Below are positions 50,410-63,124 of a stretch of 64,000 nucleotides of DNA, piece after piece. The DNA lies in the NCBI GenBank assembly GCA_965153285.1, contig OZ229112.1; one strand, given 5' to 3'. The first letter of the stretch is position 1. Each line of letters opens with the position of its first letter. Both the position numbers and the translations under genes were made by a program. This DNA is from Podarcis tiliguerta (taxonomy: Eukaryota). The notes beneath the pieces are model-generated. The model worked only from the letters and a program-made list of their open reading frames with translations, was not told where the DNA came from and did not search any database.

Positions 50410-53396
50410 CTGTGGACAAAGAAGGCAGAAATCAGCACAGGGAGTTGGACCCAGGCAGTTGCAAACAGTTGCATATAGAAGGCCCTCAGTTCTATCTCTA
50501 GTTAAAAGAGCCCTGGCAAGGACCTCAGTTTGTATCACTGGAATAGCAGCAAGCTGAGACACAGAATTGCCAGGTTAACTGATCTGGACTTAGAATAAGG
50601 CAGTGCTTTCAATTAACTTTCATAAGGCACAAAAAGGTTCCTTTTAAAGGAATGTAGCAGAGTGCATTATAAAAGAAAACCAGAAGGATCTCCCAAGAAA
50701 CCCAGATTATGTACTGAATAATCTCCAGGGATTTTTCAGACTGACTGCATAGCAAAAGAGCTCAAATGCTATGCACAGCTTTATACAAATTAGCACATAA
50801 CTTCTAGTTGTTACATTCTTTTGCAAAATTTCCTATATTTGGGTCTCCAAGCATGATTCATTTGTGCCTTTGCTACAAGTGAGGGTTAAGTATGGGTGAA
50901 GAAAAAGGAAGAAAGCAGCAAAATAACTGTTCATCTGAACTGTAGCTCTTTCCTCCCTCCCTATGTTTGTGCGTTTGTTTGTGTGTCTGACCATACATAA
51001 GGTAAGCCCAGTGTAGAAGAGTTTGCTTCACCTTCAATGGCAAGAACCATTCTGAGGAACTGGTGGTGACGTCCCATCTCTTGAGCCTGCATGGCCAGAG
51101 GGTCCCGTGCCAAAGAAGGGATGGGTAGGGTGTTTGTTTGGGTTTTTTTTTTTTATGTGGGGGGCACAACAGAATGATGTAGCCCCAGGTGTGGTCAGTA
51201 CCTTCCTTCACTTCTGGAAGTCCTATTAGAAGCCTGATCTTCAGCCAATCTTGGCCATTTGTGCAATGGGGCTTCCCTCCCCTCCCGCTACATGCCCCCT
51301 AAATTGGCTCAAGGGGAGTGTCAGGAGGAAACCCCCCCCCAAACAGCACAAAGGGGGAGCAGAGAGCTGGTCTTTCTACCCAGAAAACTGGAATACTTGC
51401 ACAGACAAAATGATGGGAGGAGCACAACACTGAATTCCACCTACAAACACCCCACAAAGTCTAACCTTCAGCTTCCACGGAATAGATACGGCTGATAAGA
51501 TACTTCAGGTGTAAAAGGGCCACATATACGTGTTCTGTCTGTGCTGATCATGTTCGCATTACAGCAGAATCAGCACAAGAGAGAGGAGGGATCTTTTGCC
51601 AGCTCTCAAGTGGGAATATGAATCTCAAGCTGAACATGCAGCCCCCAAGTATCAAAAGCCTGTGTCCGCTGGTGATGTGGCCAAAAAAACCCCCTGTTTG
51701 CTCCCTCTACTCTGATGCCTTAAGAGAAAGCCTAATCGATAATTTCTGCAGGACCCACCAATTAAAGGACTTGCAGACTGCAGACACAGACACCACAGCC
51801 AGGTGTACAAAAGGTTGTTTTAACAGAAACAGCCTTATTTTTGCCTCAAGTCAAAGCACTGACTAGAAGGGGGAAATCAATGCCTTTGGTGTCTGAAAGC
51901 GGGGGAACCCAACACACACAGAGCCAAAAAAAATTTAGACTTCTGAGGGGGTGAGGAAAATGAAGTACCCTTAGCAGAATCTATAAAAGAACTTACAGGA
52001 GACTTCTGAAGAGTCCAGCAACCAGAATGGAAACCGCAGGAGCTGCAGCAACTCTGACTGCTCAGCAAAACTTGACATTTTAGATAAATAAGTTTTGTAC
52101 ATTCTGATCTTTTTAAAAAATCCTCTTGGAGCAGCCTCATTGATCAGGTCTCTGTTCCTGCCTGAGCTCAGGTTCTCCTCCTTGTTTAACAGTGTTGTCA
52201 TACTGGAGAAAAAGCAAGTAGCTAATTGCCGGAGACAAAGCGGCCTTCGAGTCCAACAATTACTGGCATTTAATATTCACAGCCTATTTAGTTGCACTGT
52301 TCTGATATTAGCATTGTGACAAGAAAATATATCAGTGCCTAATTACAACCATATTAGAGTTCACAAATGATAATGCAAAACATCCATTATCAAAGTCACA
52401 CGTAAGCCTCTTCCTTCCCACTGTTTTCAGAGCCACAGTTATGCTTTCTGCAGAAAATATGCAACATGAGGAAGGGAAAGGAAAGAATTCCTGAGTTTCT
52501 GAAAGAAAGTGAGATGCTGCTTACTGCCTGCTTAGCATTTGACAAAAAGAAGTTCAAAGGGCTCCCACAGTTTCTCTAAAAATATTCAGTGCAAGAGAGG
52601 TGGAAAACTAGAAGCAACTCAGCAGGAGTTCCCAGGGGTTAGACACTCTCAGGCCCAAGAACTAGGCTGGCCTTTTCTTAGGGTAAACAGAACTCCTGAG
52701 AATGAGCCTCTCATTGTCTACATAGGTAAAGTGACCCTTGACCATTAGGTCCAGTCGTGGCCGACTCTGGGGTTGCGGCGCTCATCTCGCTTTACTGGCC
52801 GAGGGAGCCGGCGTACAGCTTCCGGGTCATGTGGCCAGCATGACTAAGCCGCTTCTGGTGAAACCAGACCAGCGCACGGAAATGCTGTTTACCTTCCCGC
52901 AGGAGGAAGACACCTATTTCTCTACTTGCACTTTGACGTGCTTTCGAACTGCTAGGTTGGCAGGAGCAGGGACCGAGCAACGGGAGCTCACCCCATCACG
53001 GAGATTCAAACCGCCGACCTTCTGATCGGCAAGCCCTAGGCTCTGTGGTTTAACCCACAGCGCAACCCGCGTCCCTCCATTGTCTACATGTTTAAAAAGC
53101 TGTAAGCACTTCTGCTAACCCTGTTTGGATAAGTGACAATTCTTCTGTGTTTTATGTAGTACACATCATAGATTCAGCTTTACAACTAAGGACTTCTAAT
53201 CCTGTGGGCAGGAATATAGCCTCCTTTATAAATTGGGGGGGGGGGGGTTGCAGTTTATGGAGGGCTGAAATAGCAGGCTTACATCAACGAGATGGGACAC
53301 TACGGGGGCAGGCAGGGCACCGAAGGAGACTGCTATACTAAGATGAGTAAAGGTGAAAACTTATTCCAGAAAATGAGAGAAGAAATAAGCTTTTAG

Positions 53397-53437
<41 letters not shown>

Positions 53438-56400
53438 GGGTGGGGGAAATAATCACAAAGATACAGAGCAGCAAAAGGGTAGGCAGAAGGAATAGAGATG
53501 GACAGACATTTTGGCCCCCTGGTGAGCATTCTTGTGCAAGCTGAGTTCACAGGAGAAAAGGACTTGGGGGGGTGCTAATTTCTGTCCTTTCCTGCTAGGC
53601 TTCTGCAGAAGACACCTTCTTTGTTTGTAAATTTGTATACTGCCCTATACCCACAGGTCTCATCCTTCTTGCCCATCCTGCAGAAACTCAGCTGCAAAGC
53701 AGATACTCCTCTTTTCCAAGTTCTCTGCATGCGCCGCAGGAAGTGGGAAAGGTTTGGGGTTCACTAGCAACTGCATATAATGGCTTAGATAGAAAGCCAT
53801 CCAAGCACCTGGAGCCTTGGTAAAAGCCTTAAAGACAGAGGAAAGCAGTATGAAAGAGCTAGAGATTAAAGAACTTCAAAGTAAGAGGGGTCTACATTTA
53901 ATACAAAAAACACCCACAAAACAAAACAAAAGCAAACAGAACAGAAGAAAGGGGAAGCATGGCTGAAGCAAGCGGCAGAATTTGTAACCATCTAATGGCT
54001 GAAGGTGGAAGACAAGAATGCCAATGAGAAGAAGACAGCTACAGCAGATTCAAGGATTCTGGAGTAAGCAAGGGTTATTTCATTCTTGCTTCTGTCTGAC
54101 TGCTGCGAGGGCCCAGAATTCAGAACCTGACAGGGCATAGAACAGAAGCGTAGGTGAACCATACATCTCTGCTTTTGGTGACAGATACTCAAAGAGTATG
54201 TTTTGAATTAAGTGCAGGTATGTATGGTTCCCCACTTCCTCAAAAGCCTTAGTGCAGTGCTGCCTTTTCTTAAGTCTCCTAGTCAGCTTCTTCCTGTATC
54301 TCAAAGCCTTTATAGTGAGAGTGTTTCCATATTACAAAGTTTAAGTTGTCGTTCTATTAAGGGGCCCAAGATCAAACCAAGAAATCTTAGCATCCTTTCA
54401 AAGATCCCCAGAGTTGTCTGGGGGAAACTATGATACATCAAGCAGTGGCCACTGTAATTCTGTGGTATTCAGAAGATCAAAAGCTTTCAGGGAGACCTAT
54501 TCCTGACACAGACTCCAGACCCAGCCAGGTATACCAACTGTGGCATGCAGTCTAATACATGCTGGGTTACCTTGCCACCTCCCAAAGCCAACTATTAAAG
54601 AGTACAATGACTTGTAAATCATGGTCCAGAACCCTCCCAAAGTTTCCTTAGATAATAGAGCAAAGCCTGCGGTGGTAACTTCTGTGGACATTTACAGGTC
54701 AACACTACACAGTTTAATGATGCTGGAGAGAGATCTATGCACTACAAAAGCAACATGTGCTGGTATGATCCCCCTCGCTGCTTCTAGATAAACTGGTAGA
54801 TTTTCTGGATGATACTCACTGAAATGGTGCAACAGATTCTTGAGGCAGTTCATACGTTGATTTATGTGTTGTCTTGTTGTAGAAAAATTTCCTATTAGAA
54901 TTTTTGCTAACTGCCATGGTCCACGGATCTGTGGGGGGGGGGGGGACGAGATCAGATTAAAAAGAGAAGCATAACTGGACTACTGTAGAGTATTGCATGT
55001 GAGGCTGTCCTTAAGAAATAGTTCAGAAGCTGCAAGTGGTGCAGCATGCTTGGGGCCAGAGTGCTGGTGGGCTCTGCTGGCTAGGCACTTAGCACACCAA
55101 TTCTTAAAAGACCTGCACTGGTTGCCATTGTGCTTCCAAGGCAAGGTCAAGGTGATCATGTTGACATACAAAGCCCCAAATGACTTGGGCCCGAATATCT
55201 AAATCAGGCACAGGCAAACTCGGCCCTCCAGATGTTTTGGGACTACAACTCCCATCATCCCTAGCTAAGAGGACCAGTGGTCAGGGATGATGGGAGTTGT
55301 AGTCCCAAAACATCTGGAGGGCCGAATTTGCCTATCCCTGATCTAAATGAAATGCCTCCACCCATATAGCCCTGCCCAGGTCTGCAGAGGAGTTTTTGCT
55401 AGCAGTTCTACTACCTTTGTGAAGTCTATGGGGCAGCAGTGTCTGAGAGGGTCTTAAAAGACCCTTACGAGGAGAAAAAACTTGCCAATAAACTTTTTTT
55501 TTTGTACACCAAGGCACCTCATTTCTAAGGCACATCTGGAAAATTCAGGATATGGCCTGAAGGCATATGAGGTTACCACCTTGCTGAAGCTAGGTAGGGT
55601 CCAAGTCAAGTCAATATTTTTTGTACTTCTGCCAATCTTGGGATTCCCCCAAGAATGCTTATGCCTTCCACTTGGTTTTCAGTGACCCTGGCTTAGCTAC
55701 AATCCTGCTGGTACTCATTAGCTGAATACACTGTAGGAATGATGGGGCAGGAAAGGCAGCCTCATGCGCCAGGTGATGGACAGAGGACAAGGGAACAGGT
55801 AGTTGCCCTGCCCTTGAGTTCTCATCCAGTTACTGGGTACCCTGCTCATTTCAATCCTGAGTGGTGGCAGGAAAAGCAATGCATGGGAAGAGAAGCTGCT
55901 TCTGTAGTATTTATCATGGATGGCTTTTAAGGAAGAAAAGCACAGGGGGCATATGAAAGGAGAAAACTACTTCAGCAATCTTCTGCAAGCATTTTGCACT
56001 GCTTTTTCCGCAAAAAAATAATACCCCAAGATCTTCCCCAGCTTCCAACGTTCCCCTGCACAATGCTACGCTCTGCTAGGAGAATCAGGATCCAAGAAAG
56101 AATGGGAGAGGCAACTAAACAAATAGAGGAATGTACTCTCTCAGTTTTTCAAAAGCAAAAAATGGTCCATGTAATTGTTTTGACCAAAGCAGAGATGCAT
56201 ATTTCAGAGCTTGACTTTGACCATCATAGCAAAGAGTCCCTGAACAGAGAAGGACATACCACTGACAGTCCGAACGATGTACAATCCTGTGGGAACAAAG
56301 TGTCTGTCGTCACGGCCGGTGTAGGACAGCCGTGGGGTTCCGCCTGAGCTCTTGATGATCTTCATCTCTAACCTACACCACCAAACAACCAGGAGACAGG

Positions 56401-59400
56401 GTGTTCATACCCAAAGTAACAAAAAATGCACAAAGCACAGGTCTCAGCAATGTGGCAAACTTTCCCAGACCCTGGGACTTGGTCCAGGAGGTGCAGTTCA
56501 AATCTCTAGCCAAGCATAAACTCCACTGTGGTCAAATTACCAACACAATTTTTTCTCTCTGTTAAAAGTATAATTGTGACATAATTTTGAGGGGTGTTGT
56601 GAGGATGAACAAGATAAGAAGAAGGTTGTCGGCCAACAAAAAAATTGTTGCCAGGATCATGCCCCACCCCCAAAGGGAGCTGGTTTTCCAGTGACCTCAT
56701 GCTGAGCCTCCAAATCAAAGATGCATCTAGGACAATCTCCTTGCTGAGTGCTCTGAACACCCAACACTCTAAACAACTCCCAGATTTCCTCCAAACTTTG
56801 GGGATGGAAAGGGGCAGTTCTTCCCCCCTGCAGCTCCATAGTTGGGTGAAGCCTGGGGCTCCTCACACTCACTGCTGAACACTTTTCATGATGAACAAAA
56901 TTGTGGAGCCTTTTAAAAGGGGACCAAGGGACTCTGAATATTAGAGAGACACAGAAATGGTTTAGAAGGTTCAGCTGAGAGCTTTGTAAAGTACTAAGGC
57001 AAAGCAGCTAGAACTCTTACAGAATCTACAGATAGATTCAAGGCTTAAAATCTGGTCATTTTAGCACCATCTATGGATTCTATTGTGCAAAACATGAATG
57101 TGCTGATCTTTAAAAGCAGCCAGTATTTCTCCCACCAGCCAGCCACACAAGCAAGCCTCTTCTATGTCACAAGGGAGAAATGGGATGGATCTCTGCAGGG
57201 CTGGAAAACACAGTGTTGGAGGCTTGGCCATAAAAAACCTAACTAAGTTCCTTCCACTAGCCAATAAACATAGGTTCCTTTTGGATAGGCTGATAGATCC
57301 TACCAGTAATGCAGAATTAACAATATTCTCTTTAAAAGACAACAGAGAAAGGCCAAATAATAACATCATAAAGGCTGCAAATCCAGGATTTCTGAGGACT
57401 TACCTTAGAAAAATCTTTTCCATATCCTCTAGCCTGTATACCTCCTTCACTCTGTGGAGAAAAGTCCATGAGTGGAATAACATGCTGGCCACAACATCTA
57501 ACTGTAGGTTGAGTTCCTACAAGCTCTTCAAAACTGCTGATGACTCTGCTTTAAAAAAAACTTACTCCCCAGGTGCTCTCATCAAGACTCCTAAAAATCT
57601 TAGACTTTCTATAAAAGGAAGTTTCTAGCCCTCATGATCGAGAAGTAGAATACTGTAATAAAGAAAAAAAACTTATCAAAGATCATGACTTCTAATCACA
57701 GAACTCTACTGCTCTGAGCACTTCATGTCAGCAGTACCACCAGCCTTCTTGCTGAATTTAGATGGCTGGACAACTCGCTTGAGAAATAGGAGGTGTGACC
57801 CTGCTATTTTGTTTCAGCATCAGAAAAACACAGAATGAAATATTACACAGGTCCTATACAACAAACTTGATTCTGAAAGGGTGCTGTTGACTGGCAAGCT
57901 TTATGCAGGTTAAATTCGTTATCCAAAACAAAATTATTAAAATTGAAGAGGCACAACCACCCTTTAGTAAAGTGTATGTTTCCAAGATGATCCATGGTGC
58001 TGCTTTCCCTTGTGGCCTGATTTCTTTGCCCTCCCCTCCTGTCTTCATACAAGTTACAAACTAGACCCAGAAAGAGAACCACATCGTTTGGTCTCTGATT
58101 CTTCTGTCTAGGAGCTAAACCAGTTTATTTCAAGGATAAGCTCTTCACATATCAAACTGATCTGAAATGGTATTTCATAGGAAAGCACCCTCCCACAATC
58201 TCTCTTGCTGGCTTCCTAACGTACAACTTAATGTGAAAATCCATCATGGTACAAACTACCTACAAAGTATTTTTAATTACAGCCCCAGAAGCCAGCAAGA
58301 AATCCAAAAGGCCACACTCACCGGATGGGGTTCATATCTGGCCGGCTAGGTTTAGAGACGGCTTTTACAAATTTCTCTGCTAGCTGAATTCTGCAACCAA
58401 AAAATAAGGATTTCTTTAGTTTTAGCTTTCCTCAGAAATGGATTAAAGTCTTATACAATGGGGAGGCTACTCAAGGTAGTAGCATAACCAATCTAAAGAT
58501 TGACTGATTTAATAGTTTGGCCCATTAAGAACCAGATGCCTACGGGAAGCCCCAAAATAGGACAAACTATGACTAAATGTGGCTAGGAAGGCATCTGAGG
58601 GCTGTTGGCTTTTTCTCATGAAAAAGGATCGCTTCTGTACTAGTATATTCCCAAATGCTAAGATTTGCTTGCTTGCTGCTAATGGAGTAGTCTTCTCTGC
58701 CACAGGGTTGTGTTGGCTAACTGAGTGGAGATCAAGAAAAGGAATATTGCATTCAGAAGTTTGCTCTTTCAAAATTTCTCAAGTGTCTATTTGGGGTTAT
58801 TCTGTTGAACAGCCGAGACTCTAGGTTAAGAACCCACCTCTCACACACCCCCTGCACCCATCAAACTATATACACAAGTAATTTCCCGAACTCTGCTTAC
58901 CGCTGATTGAAATGTTGTTCTCGGACATCACTACCATTTATCACCAGGGCATCCAGGATGTGGATGGCATTAATTTTTCGCTGTGCTTTTCCCTAGGGAG
59001 AGGAAAATCGGCACCTCACAAAGTGCTGCTGTATTCTGAGTGTGTTGCAAAGAATACCATCTGCATGCGCAACAGCTTCCCACCTCACTGACTGCCTCAG
59101 AAGTAACACTAAAAAAAATATGCCTCTTTGGCTGCATGTCACGATAAGCTTGAAATAAACTATAGTCCACAGGAAACCAGGGCACACGGCTCCGCCATGT
59201 TGGCTTTGCTCCACCCTGAGCCAGGAAACAAACCACAAGCATTTTTGGTTTGCTTCTCCCAAACAAACTATGAGCAGTAAGCCAAGGTGGCTTCCACTTA
59301 TGGTTTGCTTCAAGAACAAACTGAGTGCTGGTTCCAGGCTCATTTCTGGTAAACCATAGTTTATTTCAAACTATGGCGTATCATGACATGTGCATTGGGC

Positions 59401-60845
59401 TGTTACCAGGTTCTCCCACCCCAAATATACAGTTCCATAAAGGATACCGCACATGCTGAAGCCTATACTGTTAAAATTCACTTCTAAGATGTTTTAAAAT
59501 TGTTCCCAAATACTGGGTAAGACACCACTAGGTTGTGAAGGAAGTAACTGGAGAGCAAACCAGGGCAATGGATTGTGGGACAGTCGCTTCTGGATCTGTA
59601 ACTCATAGCTCACCCGTTGACAGATAAAACCCATTGGCATGCTGCCTTAGGGGGTGGAGGAAGTCAGGAATCTATGGATCAAATCAACCTTCCAAAAGAA
59701 TGAAGTAAATGCTTAGCTGGTGGAGATCAAGGGTGTTTCTAGGCCAGCACTCCCAACAGTGGCTAGCCAGGTAACCTTGCAAAGCTCGCAAGCAGGGAGT
59801 AATGGGCGAAAACACCCTTACTTTGTTGTCTACTTTAGTAAGCATGAACATATTGTGGCAGAACATGGAAATTCCATTCTTAACTGTCACGGAAAAATCT
59901 ATCTCCCATTTAACTCATTTAATCCTTTTTAAAAGCCATCTCTACAAGTTGCCAGCGCCACATCCTGCAGTAGGAAATCCTTTAATTTAAGCACCGTGTG
60001 AAGAAATAGTATCCTTTGGCTGTCCCAATCCTATTGCTAAATCAATTCCACAGCATGAATCTGGATTTGAGTGTTTCAGAGATGGCAATTTCTCTCTAAA
60101 CAGTTCATTATTTTACAAAGTCTCTTACGTTCTCCCGCCCTAAAAGTCTGAAAACTGTTGAACACACATAAAACCCAACAAAGCTGGCGACAGCCAACCA
60201 CCACCCAAAATGTTCCTTCAACTAAGCCTGACTGGATCTGAACAAATGGACTGTGTCAGAAGCTATGGAAAGATCACACAAGAGCACAGCAAGCATATTG
60301 CAATAGCTTATGAAGAGAAGGTAGCTTTGTGCCAAAGGGAATATGTGGCTGAGCAAGGTAAATCTCCCTTTCTCTGTCTCACTAGGTGAACCCTGAACTG
60401 TGAATTAGGCTTTAAGCAGATTAAAATTCCATTATTTTAGGTTTTCCGAAACAGTGTCAAAGAGTGCATAATGGAATTAAAAACACTAGCATTTTTATTA
60501 GGATAAATTGTAACAAGCTTGATGGAAGTGGGAAATTTGGTCCCACGGTAGTTGTAACCCACAGTGCTCTGTTCTCTTTTATGATTTTGATATTGTTCAG
60601 ATTCTACTGTTGATCGTATTCACTGAAGTTCATTTTGCACTTCATACTGTTTCTAACACATCTTTTTTTTAAGTATTAAAAGTCAGAATTTCAGCACATT
60701 GTTTTTATTCTTGAACTGTTTTATCCTGTTCTTATTAGATGAAACTGATTTTACTAATTTGGACCATTTTTTATCATTTTGTGTATGATTTCTTGCTTTA
60801 TCACTTGTTTGCCACCTTGGGGTTCCTCTGGGAGAAAGGGCAGGA

Positions 60846-60880
<35 letters not shown>

Positions 60881-63124
60881 AGGAAAAACTGTGTCAATGC
60901 CTTGATTTACCTGGACTGAATTTTTAACTTATTTTATAAGGATTGGTGTTCCAATTACTGGTAGTTAAATTTTGTTTGCTGCTTGTGCACTAGTCTCAGG
61001 AATGCTTCCATTTTTTCATTCGCAAATATCCCCTGCAGAAAATCATTTATCCCTTGAATAAATTCTAAACTTTGTGATTAGTGACTAAAAATAATAATAA
61101 TCCCATAGCAATATTTGTTCTCCAAGCTTGGTAAATTGGTAAGAAAATGATAGATCCACTTCTGGAGAGGAGAGCTTTGGCTGGAGTATATGCAGGTGTG
61201 CAAGTGATCCTACCTTGGAAGAGCAAGCCACAAAAGGACCTTAAATGCCAGTATCCTTACCAAAAGCCCTAGTGATGAGTCTGTCAGGCCTTTCCCCCTT
61301 GTAATATGAGTTTTAAATTGCTAGTAGAAGAAAATTAGCCCCTTCAGAAGAAAAATCAGCCTCTTACCTCTCCTTTCAGCTCATGAACTATCTCCACAGA
61401 CAGAAGAGTGTCCCGTGGTAATTCTGTTTTCAAGTCCAGTTTGGTCCAGCGATCTGATGTGCGACCCGCCCAAGTGTATATCTGAGACTTCTGCATGTAA
61501 ACAAACAGGAAGGCAGCAAGATTAGGGACCAAAGGAGTTCACCGAGGAGGCCACAGTCTCTTGGAGTTAGTACCAGGCCAGGAGCGAGAGATAGCCACAG
61601 TGGAATGTACTTTATAACGAAGCATCTAAAAAGGTTGTCAGCGGAAGAAGAAAATCTTAAATTTTATCTCTTCTAGTATTTTAACTTTTGTATGTTTTAA
61701 AGTAGATTTCTTAGCTTTTCTGGATTTTACTTTTTTCTCTTTTGTAAATCGCTTTAAGGTCTTTTACAATCAAACAGTGTACAAATTTTATTACATAAAT
61801 AAATAATGAGTAAACAGTTATTCCGGTTGTTTAGCAAGCTTCTCTTTTAGCCCTCACAAGCGAGGGACTTCATTTCACTGAAGAAATTAAGAAATCATGT
61901 TATCAGAGCATGGTAAGATCATGTAGTTGGTGAATTTATAAAACAAGGTAAAGCTTACTATAAAAATTGGCTTGTAACGTATCAGTGAGATACTAGCAAA
62001 GGTAATCCACAGACCAAACAACCACCATGGCAATTTAAGCCAGGATCTAAAACAAGACCATTCCTGCAGATAAACAGGAGCAACGCATGGGTGAATGAAA
62101 TTGCAAACCAAGCACCAACTTGCTTAAAATACACAGGGTTTTTTTTTCTCCCACTGAAACTCATTGTTACACTTCATTATTACCACTTACCCCTAGTGCT
62201 AGAAGAAACTTCTGCTCACTTCCTGACACCATGCACCTGTAATCCAGCACAGGTCGGATTTTCTCCAAGGTTTTTGAGTTGAGAGGTGTTGGTTTGTAAC
62301 TGAAGATCTCCATGTCAGCACCCTAAAAACAAAAAAGAAGAGGGAATTGTTATCCCAGAAAAGGCTATCACAATGACTGGAATTAAGGAGGTCGTTTCCA
62401 TGCTCCATATACTGCATATCTCCACCACTGTCCAGCCAGGACACGGAGTCCAGCTTCGAGGGCCTTCTGGCAGTTCCCTCATTGTGAGAAGCAAAGCTAC
62501 ATGGAACTAGGCAGAGGGCCTTCTTGGTAGTGGCACCCACCCTGTGGAAGGCCCTCCCATCAGATGTCAAAGAGATAAACAACTACACGACTTTCCGGAG
62601 ACACTTGAAGATTATTGGGAAGTTTTTAATACCTGATGTTTCTGTGTATTTTTCTGTGCCCAGACTGGCTAGGGCAACCCACTCAGGTGGGAGGGATACA
62701 AATAATAAATTACTATTACTGACGTAGTGACATTTTCTGCCTCCAGCAGCCAGTTGTCAAAATAACTGCACAATGCTGCATCTGATCACAAATATATTGT
62801 CTGCAAAACTGATTGTTTGAACCAGAGAGTTTATAAGTAGATACATATGTTTAGGGGAGGGCCGAAGCAGATATACCTCTCCGTAATAGCCAGTTCCAAA
62901 CTTACGACGATACACTTCACCTTTTGCTGTTAACAGCAACCAATACAAGAAGCCTTGCAGGGAGTGTTTTCCCCATCGTTGCTTTCTGCTGTCTCATGAT
63001 AAAGAGCATTAATTTCATCTGAGCATACAGAACAAACAGCAACTGGAAGTCTCACCTGAATTAGCTCAAAGAACTTGGACTTGGGATCAGAAGAGGATGG
63101 AGCAACTCGGGCCTGGTCTGGGAT
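50208..63124 (-). CDS. CMTR1: Cap-specific mRNA (nucleoside-2'-O-)-methyltransferase 1, last nine coding exons (318 aa; guanylyltransferase-like region and WW domain). The 5' part lies beyond the window.
   Basis: complement(join(50208..50409,54820..54928,56260..56372,57404..57451,58322..58390,58901..58992,61368..61490,62191..62322,63056..63124)) = 957 nt, open, all introns GT-AG. Peptides [68 protein letters not shown] and RLFWEWG match recalled vertebrate CMTR1. Confidence 0.95.
52724..53075 (-). mobile_element. Sauria SINE, full length (subfamily A), in the last CMTR1 intron
   Basis: 12-bp TSD cattgtctacat (52712-52723 / 53078-53089). Confidence 0.92.
53399..53434. repeat. (GT)n microsatellite
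   Basis: Directly visible. Confidence 0.95.
54820..54928 (-). CDS. CMTR1: CMTR1 penultimate exon, WW domain ([36 protein letters not shown])
   Basis: 109 nt; (C)13acag|AT ... CA|gtgagt; W..FFYN..T..S.Y.LP WW signature. Confidence 0.93.
55090..55400 (+). mobile_element. Old L2 fragment hosting a MITE
   Basis: [36 protein letters not shown], continuing after the MITE as ..CLHPYSPA. Confidence 0.75.
55205..55340. mobile_element. Young hAT-Charlie/URR1-like palindromic MITE
   Basis: 58-bp arms with 55/58 matched; perfect 8-bp TSD atctaaat (55197-55204 / 55341-55348). Confidence 0.92.
56260..56372 (-). CDS. CMTR1: CMTR1 exon ([37 protein letters not shown])
   Basis: 113 nt; gtag|G ... G|gtatg. 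Confidence 0.93.
57404..57451 (-). CDS. CMTR1: CMTR1 exon ([16 protein letters not shown])
   Basis: 48 nt; cacag|A ... AG|gtaagt. Confidence 0.92.
58322..58390 (-). CDS. CMTR1: CMTR1 exon ([23 protein letters not shown])
   Basis: 69 nt; gcag|A ... CG|gtgagt. Confidence 0.93.
58901..58992 (-). CDS. CMTR1: CMTR1 exon ([31 protein letters not shown])
   Basis: 92 nt; ctag|GGA ... CG|gtaagc. Confidence 0.93.
60847..60880. repeat. (ATTG)n tetranucleotide repeat
   Basis: Directly visible. Confidence 0.95.
61368..61490 (-). CDS. CMTR1: CMTR1 exon ([15 protein letters not shown]...VHELKGE)
   Basis: 123 nt; cag|AAG ... GAG|gtaag. Confidence 0.93.
62191..62322 (-). CDS. CMTR1: CMTR1 exon ([12 protein letters not shown]...[10 protein letters not shown])
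   Basis: 132 nt; tttttag|GGT ... GGG|gtaagt. Confidence 0.93.
63056..63124 (-). CDS. CMTR1: CMTR1 exon ([23 protein letters not shown])
   Basis: 69 nt; tag|ATC ... CAG|gtgag. Confidence 0.93.

Noticed and set aside
55545-55615. 5S rRNA-like words (gaagctaggtagggtcc)
   Set aside because: Too short and degenerate for a 5S gene; at most a SINE3 remnant
57164-57628. 154-aa plus-strand ORF
   Set aside because: Antisense to a CMTR1 exon and intron, with no recognisable domain
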